A stretch of 63,102 nt of DNA, filler included, from Octopus bimaculoides (GCF_001194135.2; 5 parts of 5 records of this genome joined end to end with filler, not necessarily neighbours in it); one strand, 5' to 3'. Shown: positions 12,817 to 24,599, numbered from the whole stretch's first letter. Notes: generated by a model not told the origin, from the letters alone. Made by a program: numbers and translations.

Positions 12817-13790
12817 TTATCTTGTTAGGGGAATGGTTCTCAAAACATTTGAGGCCATTCCCCTACACTCCTCTTTTCGTCTAAGAATGGTTCCACCGGC
12901 GGGAACTATAAACTAGGGAGTCTCGATGGGGTCTAATGACCCCATCTAAATAAATGTTCTTGGCTTTGTAAGCCACTGTTACTAAATCACTGGATTTGAG
13001 GATGTTTATGGGTATGCTTGTGAAGGACATTTTCTTTCTTTTTTCTTTTCTGTGTTAGAGGGCTTGGGTATTTTAGCTCGAACTGTTTTCGGGAAATCAG
13101 TTTTTGTTTTGTCTCTTCCTAGAGCACACTTTATAATCGTCTGTAGTCACAATTTTTTCTTCTTCACTATTCGTAATGTACTCCTCTCTTACGTGTGTTA
13201 CCTCTTGGTGGGGTGAACTCCTGGTAATAGCCTCCTTGGCTGGGAGTTCACCCTCTTTGGTAGGTACGTTTTTTCCTGTAAACTCTGTATCCGGGAGGTG
13301 CACTTTCTTTGGTTTTTCTATTGTTTTCGGGTACATCCTTTTTTGCTTCAGGTTTTTTGGATTCTGTTTGTTTTTTTTGTCCTTTGGGGTATCTTCCTTG
13401 GAGGTGGAGGGAACAGGGGTAGGTTGGTCTGCTTTGTTGTTTTCGGGGAACTTCTCTTTTATGTGGCCCTTCTTGCCGCACTTGTAGCACCTTGGTTTTC
13501 TCCCTTCGACATGAATAGGGATGTTCATGTCATCCATTACAATAGTTTCAGGTAAATCCTCAAGGTCGATGCTTGTGGTTTGGGCCAGAATATCCAGGGT
13601 CTGACCTCGCCAATTTTGTGGACCGTCTCGTGTTATTTGGATATCTTGATTTTCTCTCTCTTGCAGAGGAGGGTGGCCAAAATCCACCCTACCTCTGCTT
13701 CAGGGGGGATGTTTTTAATTTTAATCCTGGATGTACAATATTCCTTCCCCCGAAGGGGGAGGATCACAGTTCTCAGTACAAATAAAATAA
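12817..13790 (-). pseudogene. ORF1b: N-truncated, frameshifted gag-like ORF with zinc knuckle
   Basis: CTSRIKIKNIPPEAEVGWIL...IPIHVEGRKPRCYKCGKKGHIKEKFP aligns with ORF1a VARVRVGKVPPELEEAWLM...LRVKVEGRLPICFACGEKGHMKARCP. Broken reading continues to TAA at 12819-12817. Confidence 0.7.
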
Positions 13791-13870
13791 TAACAAAGTC
13801 ACCCTTACGGGAACAAGCAAACACAATTTACAACAATAACAACAGCAAGCAAAGCCTCTTCTTTCTTCTT

Positions 13871-14743
13871 TTACTGGTTCTTTGGTGGCGAGTTCGTTCT
13901 TCCACTTCTCCTTCGTTTTCTTTTCACTACCGTGAATCCCTCCTCCGTTGTATTTTCTTCCATCTCTGCCTGTACTACCTGGTTCGTGTTCTCCTGCTTT
14001 TCTGTCGGTTCTCTCTGTGGGCATCTCGCCTTCATGTGGCCTTTCTCGCCACATGCAAAACATATAGGCAGCCTGCCCTCCACTTTCACTCTTAATCTTA
14101 GGTCGCCGGGCAGCACTATCTCCTCTTCGATTCTATTTAAGTCTTCCACTGTTGCCTGGATAGTGAGTTTAATTCCATATCCCCAGTAATCCAAACTTTG
14201 TGTTCTTGCGGCCTTCAGTATCTTGGCCTCATCCTTCATGTTGAACATTATTGCTGTCATCAGCCATGCTTCTTCTAGCTCTGGGGGTACTTTGCCTACT
14301 CGCACTCTGGCCACACGTTTGCCACAGTACGACGGCAACAGCACCCATTCCTCCGATCGTATAGCCTCCGTGGAGTTCTTAATTGCTTCTACTTCTGTTG
14401 CAAAGCGTACCTCCACGGTGGCATACTTTCTTCCTCTTGTTACAAATGTTGTTTGCTTCCTGATACTTTTCAGGCATTCCTCAATCTCCTCCACTGTCGC
14501 GCGCTCTATCTTTCTAGTTGCTATTTTCATGGTTTTAAATACCACAGTTCTCTTTCTTACTCCGCTTATCAGTTCCACAGGTGGTGTCAACTTCAGCGTG
14601 TCTCCGACTTTCGCCAGCAACTTCTCACATTCTTTTATTTTCTTCGGCTCCACTTTAATTTCAATTATTTCTAGTTTTCCTTCCTCTGTTCCTCTTTCGG
14701 TTGCGGCCGCATAACTCTGGCCACCCACCGGCGCTTTCTCCAT
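13871..14743 (-). CDS. ORF1a: intact gag-like nucleic-acid-binding protein (~290 aa) with CCHC knuckle
   Basis: Open frame from MEKAPVGGQSYAAA to CFACGEKGHMKARC and a basic tail EGFTVVKRKRRR. Confidence 0.8.
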   Translation of the reverse strand: MEKAPVGGQSYAAATERGTEEGKLEIIEIKVEPKKIKECEKLLAKVGDTLKLTPPVELISGVRKRTVVFKTMKIATRKIERATVEEIEECLKSIRKQTTFVTRGRKYATVEVRFATEVEAIKNSTEAIRSEEWVLLPSYCGKRVARVRVGKVPPELEEAWLMTAIMFNMKDEAKILKAARTQSLDYWGYGIKLTIQATVEDLNRIEEEIVLPGDLRLRVKVEGRLPICFACGEKGHMKARCPQREPTEKQENTNQVVQAEMEENTTEEGFTVVKRKRRRSGRTNSPPKNQ

Positions 14744-15189
14744 TTTCCACAATGGGAAGATATAAAAACAGTGAACAATATCAACAATTAACAGCAATAA
14801 GTAACACTCAATTTTTCAACAAAAATATTCAACGTTGCAACTCACATTAAAAACTCTCCGTCATCGNNNNNNNNNNNNNNNNNNNNNNNNNNNNNNNNNN
14901 NNNNNNNNNNNNNNNNNNNNNNNNNNNNNNNNNNNNNNNNNNNNNNNNNNNNNNNNNNNNNNNNNNNNNNNNNNNNNNNNNNNNNNNNNNNNNNNNNNNN
15001 NNNNNNNNNNNNNNNNNNNNNNNNNNNNNNNNNNNNNNNNNNNNNNNNNNNNNNNNNNNNNNNNNNNNNNNNNNNNNNNNNNNNNNNTTTTATTTGTTGA
15101 TGTGGACTTTGTAGACATTTCAATTGAGATGACGAGTAAGTGAAGAATTTGTACTTACTCGAAAGACTTGAACAAATCTTGCGGGCCAT

Positions 15190-17075
15190 CGAACTGTTCT
15201 TCCCAATTTAGTGTGCAGAATCTGAGGTGTTTGCGGTGGATAAAGCTGAAGTTGTTGAGTCCGTTTGAGGAACGGCGGGAACTGAAAGTAAGTCCTCTCC
15301 GACAAATGCTTTTTCTAAGCGATCGACAGAGACAGTATTTCGTTTTCCTCCAATATCAAGAACGAAATACTTTGGTTCTTTTTGGATTACTTTGTAGGAC
15401 CCAGAATATGGTGGCCAAAGTTGAGAAGGTATTCCATCATTTCTAACAAAAACATTCATCCGAGTATTGATGTCCTTTGGGACATGTGAAGCGACATTCT
15501 GTTGTCTGGGGCCTGCAGGGGGAAAATGCGACATAGATGTCAGTGAGCAGGGGACATATTTTGCTGGGTCCAGAAAGTCTTGTGGTGAAACAGGGTCGAT
15601 CATCTGCCCAGGTAAGGCGAGTGCTGTACCATAGACCAGTTCAGCCGAAGTATTACGGAAGGACTTGGTGCTTTTTTACTGTATTCTATGACCCATCGTA
15701 ACATTCCTATTTAGATTATAACCGTGGATCGAATACCAAGGAGGATGAGAAGATATTCCAACCAGTTGGAGCAGTCTGGATATGCTTTTGTAGCTGCCTT
15801 GAGTTGGCATGCCATTTGCTGCATGGTGATATGCTGTTGTGCGGGTGTGTTTACACCCGAAAAAACTAGTCAGCTCAGTGAAAAGGGGAGAATTAAACTG
15901 ATGTCCTCTGTCGGTGGTGATCGTCACGGGTGTGCTGAAACGTGAAACCCAGTGAAACACTAGCGTTTTGGTGACAGTTTCCGCAGAAGTGTCCGATAGG
16001 GGAAAAGCTTCCAGCCAGCGAGAAAATCTGTCAACACAGGTGATCGGGTGAATGCAGTTGTTGAAAGGAGGCAAAGGTCCAATGATGCCAATATGCACGT
16101 GTTGGAAACATGCATCTGGAGTTGCAAAGTAACCGATGGGAGATTTAATGTGTCGGCGGACCTTTGCTTTTTGGCACGTGACGCAGGTCCTAGCCCAATC
16201 ATGGGTGTCTTTGTTGATGTTGAGCCACACAAAACAGGTCGGTATCAGTTTTTGTGTGGTGCGGACTCCATGAAGTGCTAGGGAATGCAAAGCAGAGAAA
16301 ACGCCACCGCTATGTTTCTACGACATGTATGGATGTTCATGACCGGTGAAGGTATCACCAAATATAACCTGAAGCAGAGGGTATCAGTGATTGCTGAAAT
16401 TTCAGAGATGACGAATTCCGGAGCTGTAATAGCTCTTCGTCATCTTGTTAATTAGTTGCAATCTGCTAGAGATCAAAGTTCCGTGTGTACAGAGCTGTTT
16501 GCACCCTTGATGTGACAAATGTTTGTTGTGTACTGTGATATGAAGTCTAGTTGTCGGACTTCCCTGGGTGAGTGACGATCAGGCTTGGCGTTGAAGGCAT
16601 AAACCAGCAGTTTATGGTCGGTATAAATGGAGAAAACGCGATCTTCCAGCATGTGTCGAAAATGCTTGACAGCGAAACACACTGCCAGTAATTCACTACC
16701 GAAGGTATTGTACTTAGTCTCGGCGGGTTTTACGCACTTGGAGAAGAAGGATACCAAATACCGCCAGTGAGCTGTTGGAGCACACCTCCAACTACAGAAT
16801 CAGATGCATCAACTAGTACACACAGGGGGGCGTCAGGCTTGGGATACTCCAGTATGGTAGCGTTGGATAACGCTTTTTTCAAGTTAGCGAAAGAGGCAAG
16901 TTGTTCACTCAGGGCAATGTTTTTATTTTTGCTTGTTCACAAAAAAGTGGGGTAAAAATCTGTGCTAGAAATTCACCGAGCCAAGAGATTCTCGCAATTT
17001 GCGGAGAGATGTGGGTGGTGGAAAATCCACGACGGCTTTGACTTTCTTCGATGAAAGTGCTCCAGTAATTTTCTT
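15190..17075 (-). mobile_element. Decayed Ty3/Gypsy pol (RT thumb, RNase H, integrase)
   Basis: KVKAVVDFPPPTSLRKLR; LVDASDSVVGGVLQQ; ETKYNTFGSELLA...YTDHKLL; HHCC-like H...WARTCVTCQKAK; HVHIGIIGPLP...CVDRFSRWLEAFPL; PPYSGSYKVI...VSVDRLEKA. Order RT-RH-IN. Confidence 0.9.
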
Positions 17076-17417
17076 TCATGTAAATAAATGTTTATGTTAA
17101 TTTTAAAATTTACCAGCAAAATCTTATAAAATGACAACGTTCCAAAAGATGTACATGTTTATGTTATATATATGAAAAGAAGAGCGAACAAAATATGCTT
17201 AAAAACAAGCATTTAAGCGTGCAATAAGCAACACATTACAAAATGCTGATTGACTATATTTCTAACTTCCGTTTTAATTTTTTAAATATCCTCCTCTGTT
17301 TTCAGTGTTTCTATAATAGAAGCAAAGTTACTGGAGCTTGCTGCCATAATTACACAGAACACAGCATCAAATTTGTCAACACGTACTTCTTCGCAGATAA
17401 AAGACGTTTAAAAGATT

Positions 17418-17431
17418 GTTACTATGGCAAC
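17418..17431. promoter_or_regulatory. RFX X-box motif GTTACTATGGCAAC
   Basis: Exact match to GTTRCYATRGYAAC in unique, non-repetitive sequence. No target gene assigned. Confidence 0.45.
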
Positions 17432-18949
17432 AGACAAAAGAGTTCTTATGTTCTGCTTCTTGATGTCGAAACAGACATGAATGTGTATGTGGTTTACGAT
17501 TGGCTAAAATTACCAAAATTTTGAAACTTTAATTACTAATAATTCTTTATTTATTGATTTATAGCAGACTTACTTCCACATCATTAATATAGTTTATAAA
17601 AGTGTATCATATACACTGAATAAATTTGAACAGAATTGATGCTGGCAGCCAAACCAACAGGATCCGAGTGGTGTCTGCATAAAAAGTAGACCTACAGATG
17701 GAAACGAGGGTAAACAGAATGTTGATTACTCACTTCATTTTCAAGTGCATTCACTGAAAATAAGTGATTGTCACTGAACCACATCTCATCACATTGTTCA
17801 ATAACGTCTCTCTTCTCATGTCAATCTAGAAGAGATATCAGTCAAATTTCGGTAAAAGTGTGCCCTAATGTTTTAAAGAGGGAAGAAAACACAAGATAAT
17901 GTAGTTTCACATTGTAATCAGTGAGTTTCCTTTGACTTACTGAACATTTCCGAATCATTTGATATTTGATAGCGTTAGCAGCAGCAACATGATCAGCAGC
18001 TACAGCTACTCCTCAATCCTGGCCCAAATAATGACCCATTAAATTCCTCAATCAGCAGCCCTTCACATTCCTCATTTCCTCGAAATGTCACAACTGACCC
18101 ATCACCATCATCGCCATCTTGCTCTATTGCTGCTACCACAACTAAACACACTAAACAACTACACAATCAGCAGCCTCGGTCACTCTTCTAGACTAGCGCA
18201 AATTGTCTCTTTCTGACTGTGCCGATAACGGAATATACTACTAGGATTTGAGAATTTGTATCACCCTGAATATGGTTCAGGTCTCCTTTTGAGGACGACA
18301 GAGTACGCCAAGAGTTGTTGTGACATACATGGTGGGTGTGGGGGTGGAGTGAAAGAAAAAAACAGTTTAAAAAAGGAAAAAAGTCACTGATACGACGCTT
18401 ATAAAAGTCCTGTTTATTCATTGTTTTTGTATTTTGTAATTAAAATATTTTTTGTAATTTTTCGCTTATTTTTTGTTGTTTATTTTGGTGCATCTCAAAA
18501 TTCTTCAGTTTCATTTTCTCTTTTCGGTGTTTTAATGCCTTCACTTTTTTATTATCGCACTTCTGCTACACGATGGCCAGGTTGGATTTAACATTGGTGG
18601 TCTGTTGAAAGGAAGGAAAAATAAAATAAAATAAATGAAGTTTTGTGTCATTCGGTGAGTTACCAAGAGACCAGTATGGTTAAATGATTTTGTTACATCC
18701 TACCAGCCTTCGTCCTTCCACTTCTCACTTCCCCAGTCACATTGTAGAGGAGTTAACTCGTATCCCCCTACCTCTACTAACGTCAAATTCGGCTGGAATT
18801 AGTTCTGCTCATCCGTGTATTCACCACACAACTCCCGTAATTGCCAGCCTGCCATCATTGCTTCCTGAATTACTTGTCAATTCATAGTTATTGTATTTTC
18901 TCAGAGTTAGTCCCCCTTATAGAGGGGGTTCTCACCGTCTCTCCAATAC

Positions 18950-19790
18950 TTTGACGACTTAATCTTCGGAAAACTCGAATGCTTGAACAATATCAGACTC
19001 TCTTCTGAGTCTCACGACCAGACTGCTTTGCCCTAAAGGTTTGGGGGTCTAGGTCTGCTCCATTCTATTCCTTCCCTGTTTTCTTTCCCCCATCCACGCT
19101 TGCACCCCTTTAGTAAGCAGCATCGCCTCTCCAACATGGACTAGTTCCAACAGGAAGATAGATGAAGCTCTGTTACAGCGGATAGAGCTGGGTTTGTCTG
19201 TTCCTGCTACAACTGAGGATAGACGGAAGCAGAGAATATGGGACAATCTGCATTCAGGTGGCACTTTCAACTCTCTCCTTGATCAATCTGATCGATTTTT
19301 AAAGTGTCACCTACTTTCTGCTAGGGGGACTGGATTAATGCCCTTCCTGTCACGGTCTATCTTGCCACCAAAATGCTAGTCGTTTCGCTCATCATATCGA
19401 GCTTAATCACTAAGCGGGTCCTGGCTCGAGTTAATATCCCCTCAGTTCTGGATTTGGCAGGATTATCCAAAAGTGATAGGAAGAGACCCGATGGTCTTAC
19501 CCTCTGTCCCCGGATATGAGGTAGTATCTCATCTGGGACGCCACAGTCTGTGACTCCTTTGCGCCCTCCTACATCCGAGATGCTGCGGTAAATGGGCTGA
19601 ACAAAATACTGAAGTATCGGGAATTCTTCCAGCCTGTGGTGTTTGAGATGTCTGGAGGAGCTGGACCGCTAACAGCGAAGTTCTTGTCATCGTTGGTAGC
19701 TCGCCTTACCAGGGTGTCAGGTGATGCAGGCTGTTCCAATGCCTTAGCCTCGCCATCACCTGTGGTAATGCCTTGAGCGTGTTGGTTTAC
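18950..19790 (+). mobile_element. Decayed CRE-like (restriction-like endonuclease) non-LTR retrotransposon 3' part
   Basis: QTALP*RFGGLG; GDWINALPV; RFAHHIELN..KRVLARVNIPSV...SDRKRPDGLTL...LIWDATVCDSFAPSYI...KY...FQPVVFEMSGGAGP...LSLAITCGNALSV. Confidence 0.75.
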
Positions 19791-20354
19791 TTCAGTAGGT
19801 TCCGTTCAACCTTGTGGTGTGTGACCAATTGAGGCACTTGGTGTTGCATTGATGTTTTTTCTTTCTTTTTTGTTTTTCTTTTGTAAAACATATTCCTTTT
19901 CATTGAAATGCTATTCCGGAGAGAAATTAAGATAGAATACAATGCAGTGTGTAACATATAGAAAGGAAAGGCAACTTAAAACTTTCCATGGGCTTTCCCA
20001 TGGTAGACAAATACATAGTGATATAAATAGCAAATTAGGAATTATAGGTCAGCAAACAAAATACTAGCGACCAGTCCACACTTTCACGAAGGGGAGGATT
20101 CCGACTACAGGATGTTGATTATTGGTGACCAATTAACTAGGAACTCGATTTAGGAAACTTAAAATGTCAGTCTTGATGCTTAAGGAGCCTAAAAAGCCAC
20201 ACAAATTAAGATATAATTGACTAGGAGTTGTTTAATAATTAGGGGTGGTGTGGTACATGAAAAAAAAAAAAAATAAAAAGATAAGCTGTTATCTTTGGGA
20301 AGCATAAATATATACGTGTGTTATATACATACATACATAATACATACATACATA

Positions 20355-21540
20355 TATCTACTACATATGTGGAAAATCGATGTGTGTTTGTTTGTGGTGT
20401 TGTTAGCTAACTCCTCCTACATTGATTTTGATAAAACTTGACTCGTGAGTAGAACTCATGTCTGGAAACCTCGTGACTTAGATTGTTGAAAAGATCGATA
20501 ATACAGTCCCTGGAAGGAATCTTTATATCTACCTCATATAACTAATTTTTTTTAAACACCAAAGGGAAATGACCCATAGCATCTGCACAATATCTTTTTA
20601 AATATTCAAGGGAAATAACCCATAGCACCTGCATTTACAGTTGTTAGTTTTTAGCGAAGCGATCAATATTTGATTCTCACAATCAGCGGACCTAATTCTG
20701 CATTTCATTACTCACAGTTTTTGCACTTTCTTGATGCATGTACATTTTCAATGCCCATAAATCCGATAATTTTGCATTCTTCCAGTTAAAAGTTTTCGAT
20801 GACACTACATAAATTTTTGATTCCAGAACGTATTTAATAAGTGTGTCCCAATACAATGAACTAATACTTTGAATGCTTAAACTTCTTAGAAAATGAAACC
20901 AAACTTCCACACCACATTCAGTTGGTACATTCTGTATCACATACTTATTTTACAAATCATAATATTTATTGCTTATTGTTCATACAACATTTTCATGAAA
21001 CTAATTGAGCCATCGAATTTAGAAATATTTTACAGGTTTCATTGTTTATGTTCGATTACTTTGAATATAGATTTTTTGTGTGTCCAATTTCCAATTTTTG
21101 CAGACAATATCACTTCTAAACTTTATTTGATACGTGAGTGGAACTCATGCCTGGAAACCTCGTGACATACTTAGATTGTTTTAAAAAATCGATAATAGGG
21201 CCCCTCCAATGGATCCTTCTATCTACTACATATTTCTAATATTTAAACAACCCAAGGGAAATAACCCATACCACCTACAGTTTTAGCGGATCAATATTTG
21301 ATTCCTACGATCAGCCGACCTCATTATGCATTTCACTACTCAGTTTTGAACTGCTAAACATTATTATTACATTTCGTTGATTTAAATCTTGAACCTTAAA
21401 GAGTTCATTCATACATTTCTATACATACATACGTTTTTGAATGCCCATTACTCCGATAATTCTGCATTTTTACAGTTACACTTTTTCCATGATAGTAGAT
21501 AATTTTTTTTATTCCACAACGTATTTGTAGCAGCTTCATG
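20355..21540 (+). mobile_element. Tandemly duplicated non-autonomous repeat with Helitron-like 5' end
   Basis: Starts TCTACTACATA...gtgtgtttgtttgt...gattttgataaaact. A ~690-bp unit recurs at 20445 and 21135. No clear 3' CTRR or hairpin found. Confidence 0.4.
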
Positions 21541-21569
21541 CAGGCATAGCGCGGATTCGATCCTCGATT

Positions 21570-21890
21570 GACAAATTTCATTAAACACTTCAACAGCGCT
21601 TTTTTCACGGTAAAACAATAGTTTTTCTGTGAATGACCGCAGTTATACATTTCCAAGATGCCTTTGCTAGGCAGAATAATGTCATAGCCACTTGGCCCTT
21701 CTAACCTCCTCTAGGCCACCAGGGGCTGGAATGGAGATAACAGACCTCCAACGAAATCATTATTTCTCAACAATATGTCTATCCTTCTGGCTGCTTTTCG
21801 ATAGTTATAAAAACAAGAACTCCGTACGCTAAATGCAGTTACTGAGAGCGACCATCAGTGAGTGTGAACGTTATTATTGCACTTTCTTCA
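21570..21890 (+). repeat. Truncated copy of the LTR at 26000-26310
   Basis: Shared ttcacggtaaaaca.tagtttttctgtga, caacga.atgtctatccttctgg, gatagttataaaaacaagaac and gagagcgac.atcagt blocks. Confidence 0.7.
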
Positions 21891-22404
21891 TTTCATTCTT
21901 AAATATTAAACAATTCATTCATATACTTATATGTATATATACTACATTTATATATTACCTTTGATAAATTAGCCTTCGTAAAGTTCACCTTTAAAATGCC
22001 ACGACGAGTCTGAGTACTTTCTCGCCAACCTCCGAAAACCTCTCTCGCCAACCTCCAACAATCTCTCCCTCCTCCAGCTGACAATTTTTTGTACTTTTTT
22101 GCGACGGAAAATACACCTTTTGTGGCAGTTATAACAAAATTGCTTTCTTACATCAGAGTTATAAGGCATTTCAATAGAACATCTTTACCCCCAGTATAGA
22201 TATATCTATATCTATATATATATATATATATATATAATATCAATNNNNNNNNNNNNNNNNNNNNNNNNNNNNNNNNNNNNNNNNNNNNNNNNNNNNNNNN
22301 NNNNNNNNNNNNNNNNNNNNNNNNNNNNNNNNNNNNNNNNNNNNNNNNNNNNNNNNNNNNNNNNNNNNNNNNNNNNNNNNNNNNNNNNNNNNNNNNNNNN
22401 NNNN

Positions 22405-23045
22405 AGAGAGTATTCTTTTATTCGTTTACTTTTTTCAGTCATTTGACTGCGACCATACTGGAGCACCGCCTTGAAGGGTTTTAGCCAAATAAATCAACCC
22501 CAGGACTTATTTTCTTTTAAAGCCTAGTACTTATTCTATCGGTCACTTTTGCTGAACCGCTAAGTTACGAGGACGTAAGCACACCAACACTAGTTGTTAA
22601 GCTGTGATTGTTGGGTGGGGGACAGACACAAAAGCTCACACACATAGACACACACAAACACACAAACACATACACACACACGCGACGGATTTCCGTCTAC
22701 CAAATCCACTGATAAAGCTTTGGTCAGCCCAAGGCTATAGTAGAAGACACCTGCCTAAAATGCCATGAAGTGGGACTGAACCCAAAACCATGTGGTTGGG
22801 AATCAGGTGTGACTATGTGGTAAGAAGCTTTCTTCCCAACCACATGGTTTCGGGTTCAGTCCCACTTCATGGCACTTTGACCAAAGCCTAGTGACTGGAT
22901 CTAGTAGACGGAAGCAAATAAACCCGTCGTATATATGTATGTTTGTGTGTGTGTGTGTGTGAGTCTTTGTGTCTCTCCTCCACCCAACGATCAGAGCTTG
23001 ACAACTAGTGTTGGTGTGCTTACGTCCCCGTAACTTAGTGGTTAT
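22405..23045. mobile_element. Two family-B SINEs joined head-to-head (22405-22803 minus; 22805-23045 plus)
   Basis: Inverted heads gtgggactgaacccaaaaccatgtggttgggaa / ttcccaaccacatggtttcgggttcagtcccac; central (CA)n; tail tcttttattcgtttac...gtcatttgactgcgacc. Confidence 0.75.
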
Positions 23046-23197
23046 ATATATATATATATATATATACAGATATAGGGCAGAGAATCGTCAATTAGTAATA
23101 AAATTAATAATTAACAATTTTGCCAAGTAGTTCAGTATGAAAAAACCTTTATCGGTAAAATCATTTATAATCATAAATATACAGGGATTAGCATGAG

Positions 23198-24103
23198 TTG
23201 CTTCTCCAACATACTGAAAATTTAGAAATAGCAGTCAAAGAACTACTGATTCCAAACTACAAATTTTTTTCTCTAACGGATGGCGATATTTACGGCACAC
23301 ACAGAACAAAAACAGAAGAGAAAAGCAAAAACAAACCTGCNNNNNNNNNNNNNNNNNNNNNNNNNNNNNNNNNNNNNNNNNNNNNNNNNNNNNNNNNNNN
23401 NNNNNNNNNNNNNNNNNNNNNNNNNNNNNNNNNNNNNNNNNNNNNNNNNNNNNNNNNNNNNNNNNNNNNNNNNNNNNNNNNNNNNNNNNNNNNNNNNNNN
23501 NNNNNNNNNNNNNNNNNNNNNNNNNNNNNNNNNNNNNNNNNNNNNNNNNNNNNNNNNNNNNNNNNNNNNNNNNNNNNNNNNNNNNNNNNNNNNNNNNNNN
23601 NNNNNNNNNNNNNNNNNNNNNNNNNNNNNNNNNNNNNNNNNNNNNNNNNNNNNNNNNNNNNNNNNNNNNNNNNNNNNNNNNNNNNNNNNNNNNNNNNNNN
23701 NNNNNNNNNNNNNNNNNNNNNNNNNNNNNNNNNNNNNNNNNNNNNNNNNNNNNNNNNNNNNNNNNNNNNNNNNNNNNNNNNNNNNNNNNNNNNNNNNNNN
23801 NNNNNNNNNNNNNNNNNNNNNNNNNNNNNTAAATGTCGCATGGTCAAAATTCCCATGAGTTATATAGACACTTTCAAATTTATTCGAATATTGGGCTGAA
23901 GATCGGAATAGAGTACCTTCATACTCTTGACCGTGAAACGTCGTACTCAATTAACTAAAGGCAGGTTTGTTTTTGCTTTTCTCTTCTGTTTTTGTTCTGT
24001 GTGTGCCATAAATATCGCCATCCGTTAGAGAAAAAAAATTGTAGTTTGGAATCAGTAGTTCTTTGACTGCTATTTCTAAATTTTCAGTATGTTGGAGAAG
24101 CAA
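23198..24103. repeat. Inverted repeat (143-bp visible arms, 2 differences) around an N gap and a hammerhead motif; Penelope-like
   Basis: 23198-23340 is the reverse complement of 23961-24103. Confidence 0.8.
23890..23951 (+). ncRNA. Type I hammerhead ribozyme-like motif
   Basis: attggg CTGAAGA t-cgg..agagta ccttca tactct..ccg-t GAAAC GTC gta ctcaat. Palindromic helix III ACGT; helix I attggg/ctcaat with a 3-nt bulge. Confidence 0.6.
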
Positions 24104-24599
24104 GTTGTCATAATAGGACTCAGAGTTTCAAATGCCGGAGCTAAGAGCTACGATGCATTCTCATCGGCTATTTTGACAACAGACGCTATACAAAAACCGT
24201 TGAATAAAAGGTAAGTTACTTTAATAGATAGGAAAATATAAAAGGTAAAAAATACACCCAACCATATTCTCACAAGACATAGAAACCTCCTGCGTTCATA
24301 ACGTCTACATACGTACACACTCACGCAAACATGTATGTATACTTGCCCATGCACACACAAACATATATGTGCATTTACGTACTCATACACATATCCACAC
24401 ACACACACGCACGCATGTGTGTGTGTGCATATACGTATATATGCACGCAACTTCATCCTCATATATACATAGGTGTATGCTTACATGTATATTAGACATT
24501 TATACATATAAATATACGCATATATATATACATAAGCACATACATATATACATACTTATACAATCATACATACTTATACAATCATACATTTACACTCAT

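Larger units (their letters stand above)
9500..14866 (-). mobile_element. Near full-length but decayed L1/Tx1-like non-LTR retrotransposon (ORF1a, ORF1b, APE-RT-CCHC ORF2)
   Basis: Colinear gag-like ORFs, endonuclease, RT and C-terminal zinc finger on one strand. Interrupted by frameshifts and two N gaps. Confidence 0.9.

Noticed and set aside
17979-18191. 71-codon S/P/Q/T-rich open frame without ATG
   Set aside because: Low complexity, weak polypyrimidine tract and no recognisable homology.
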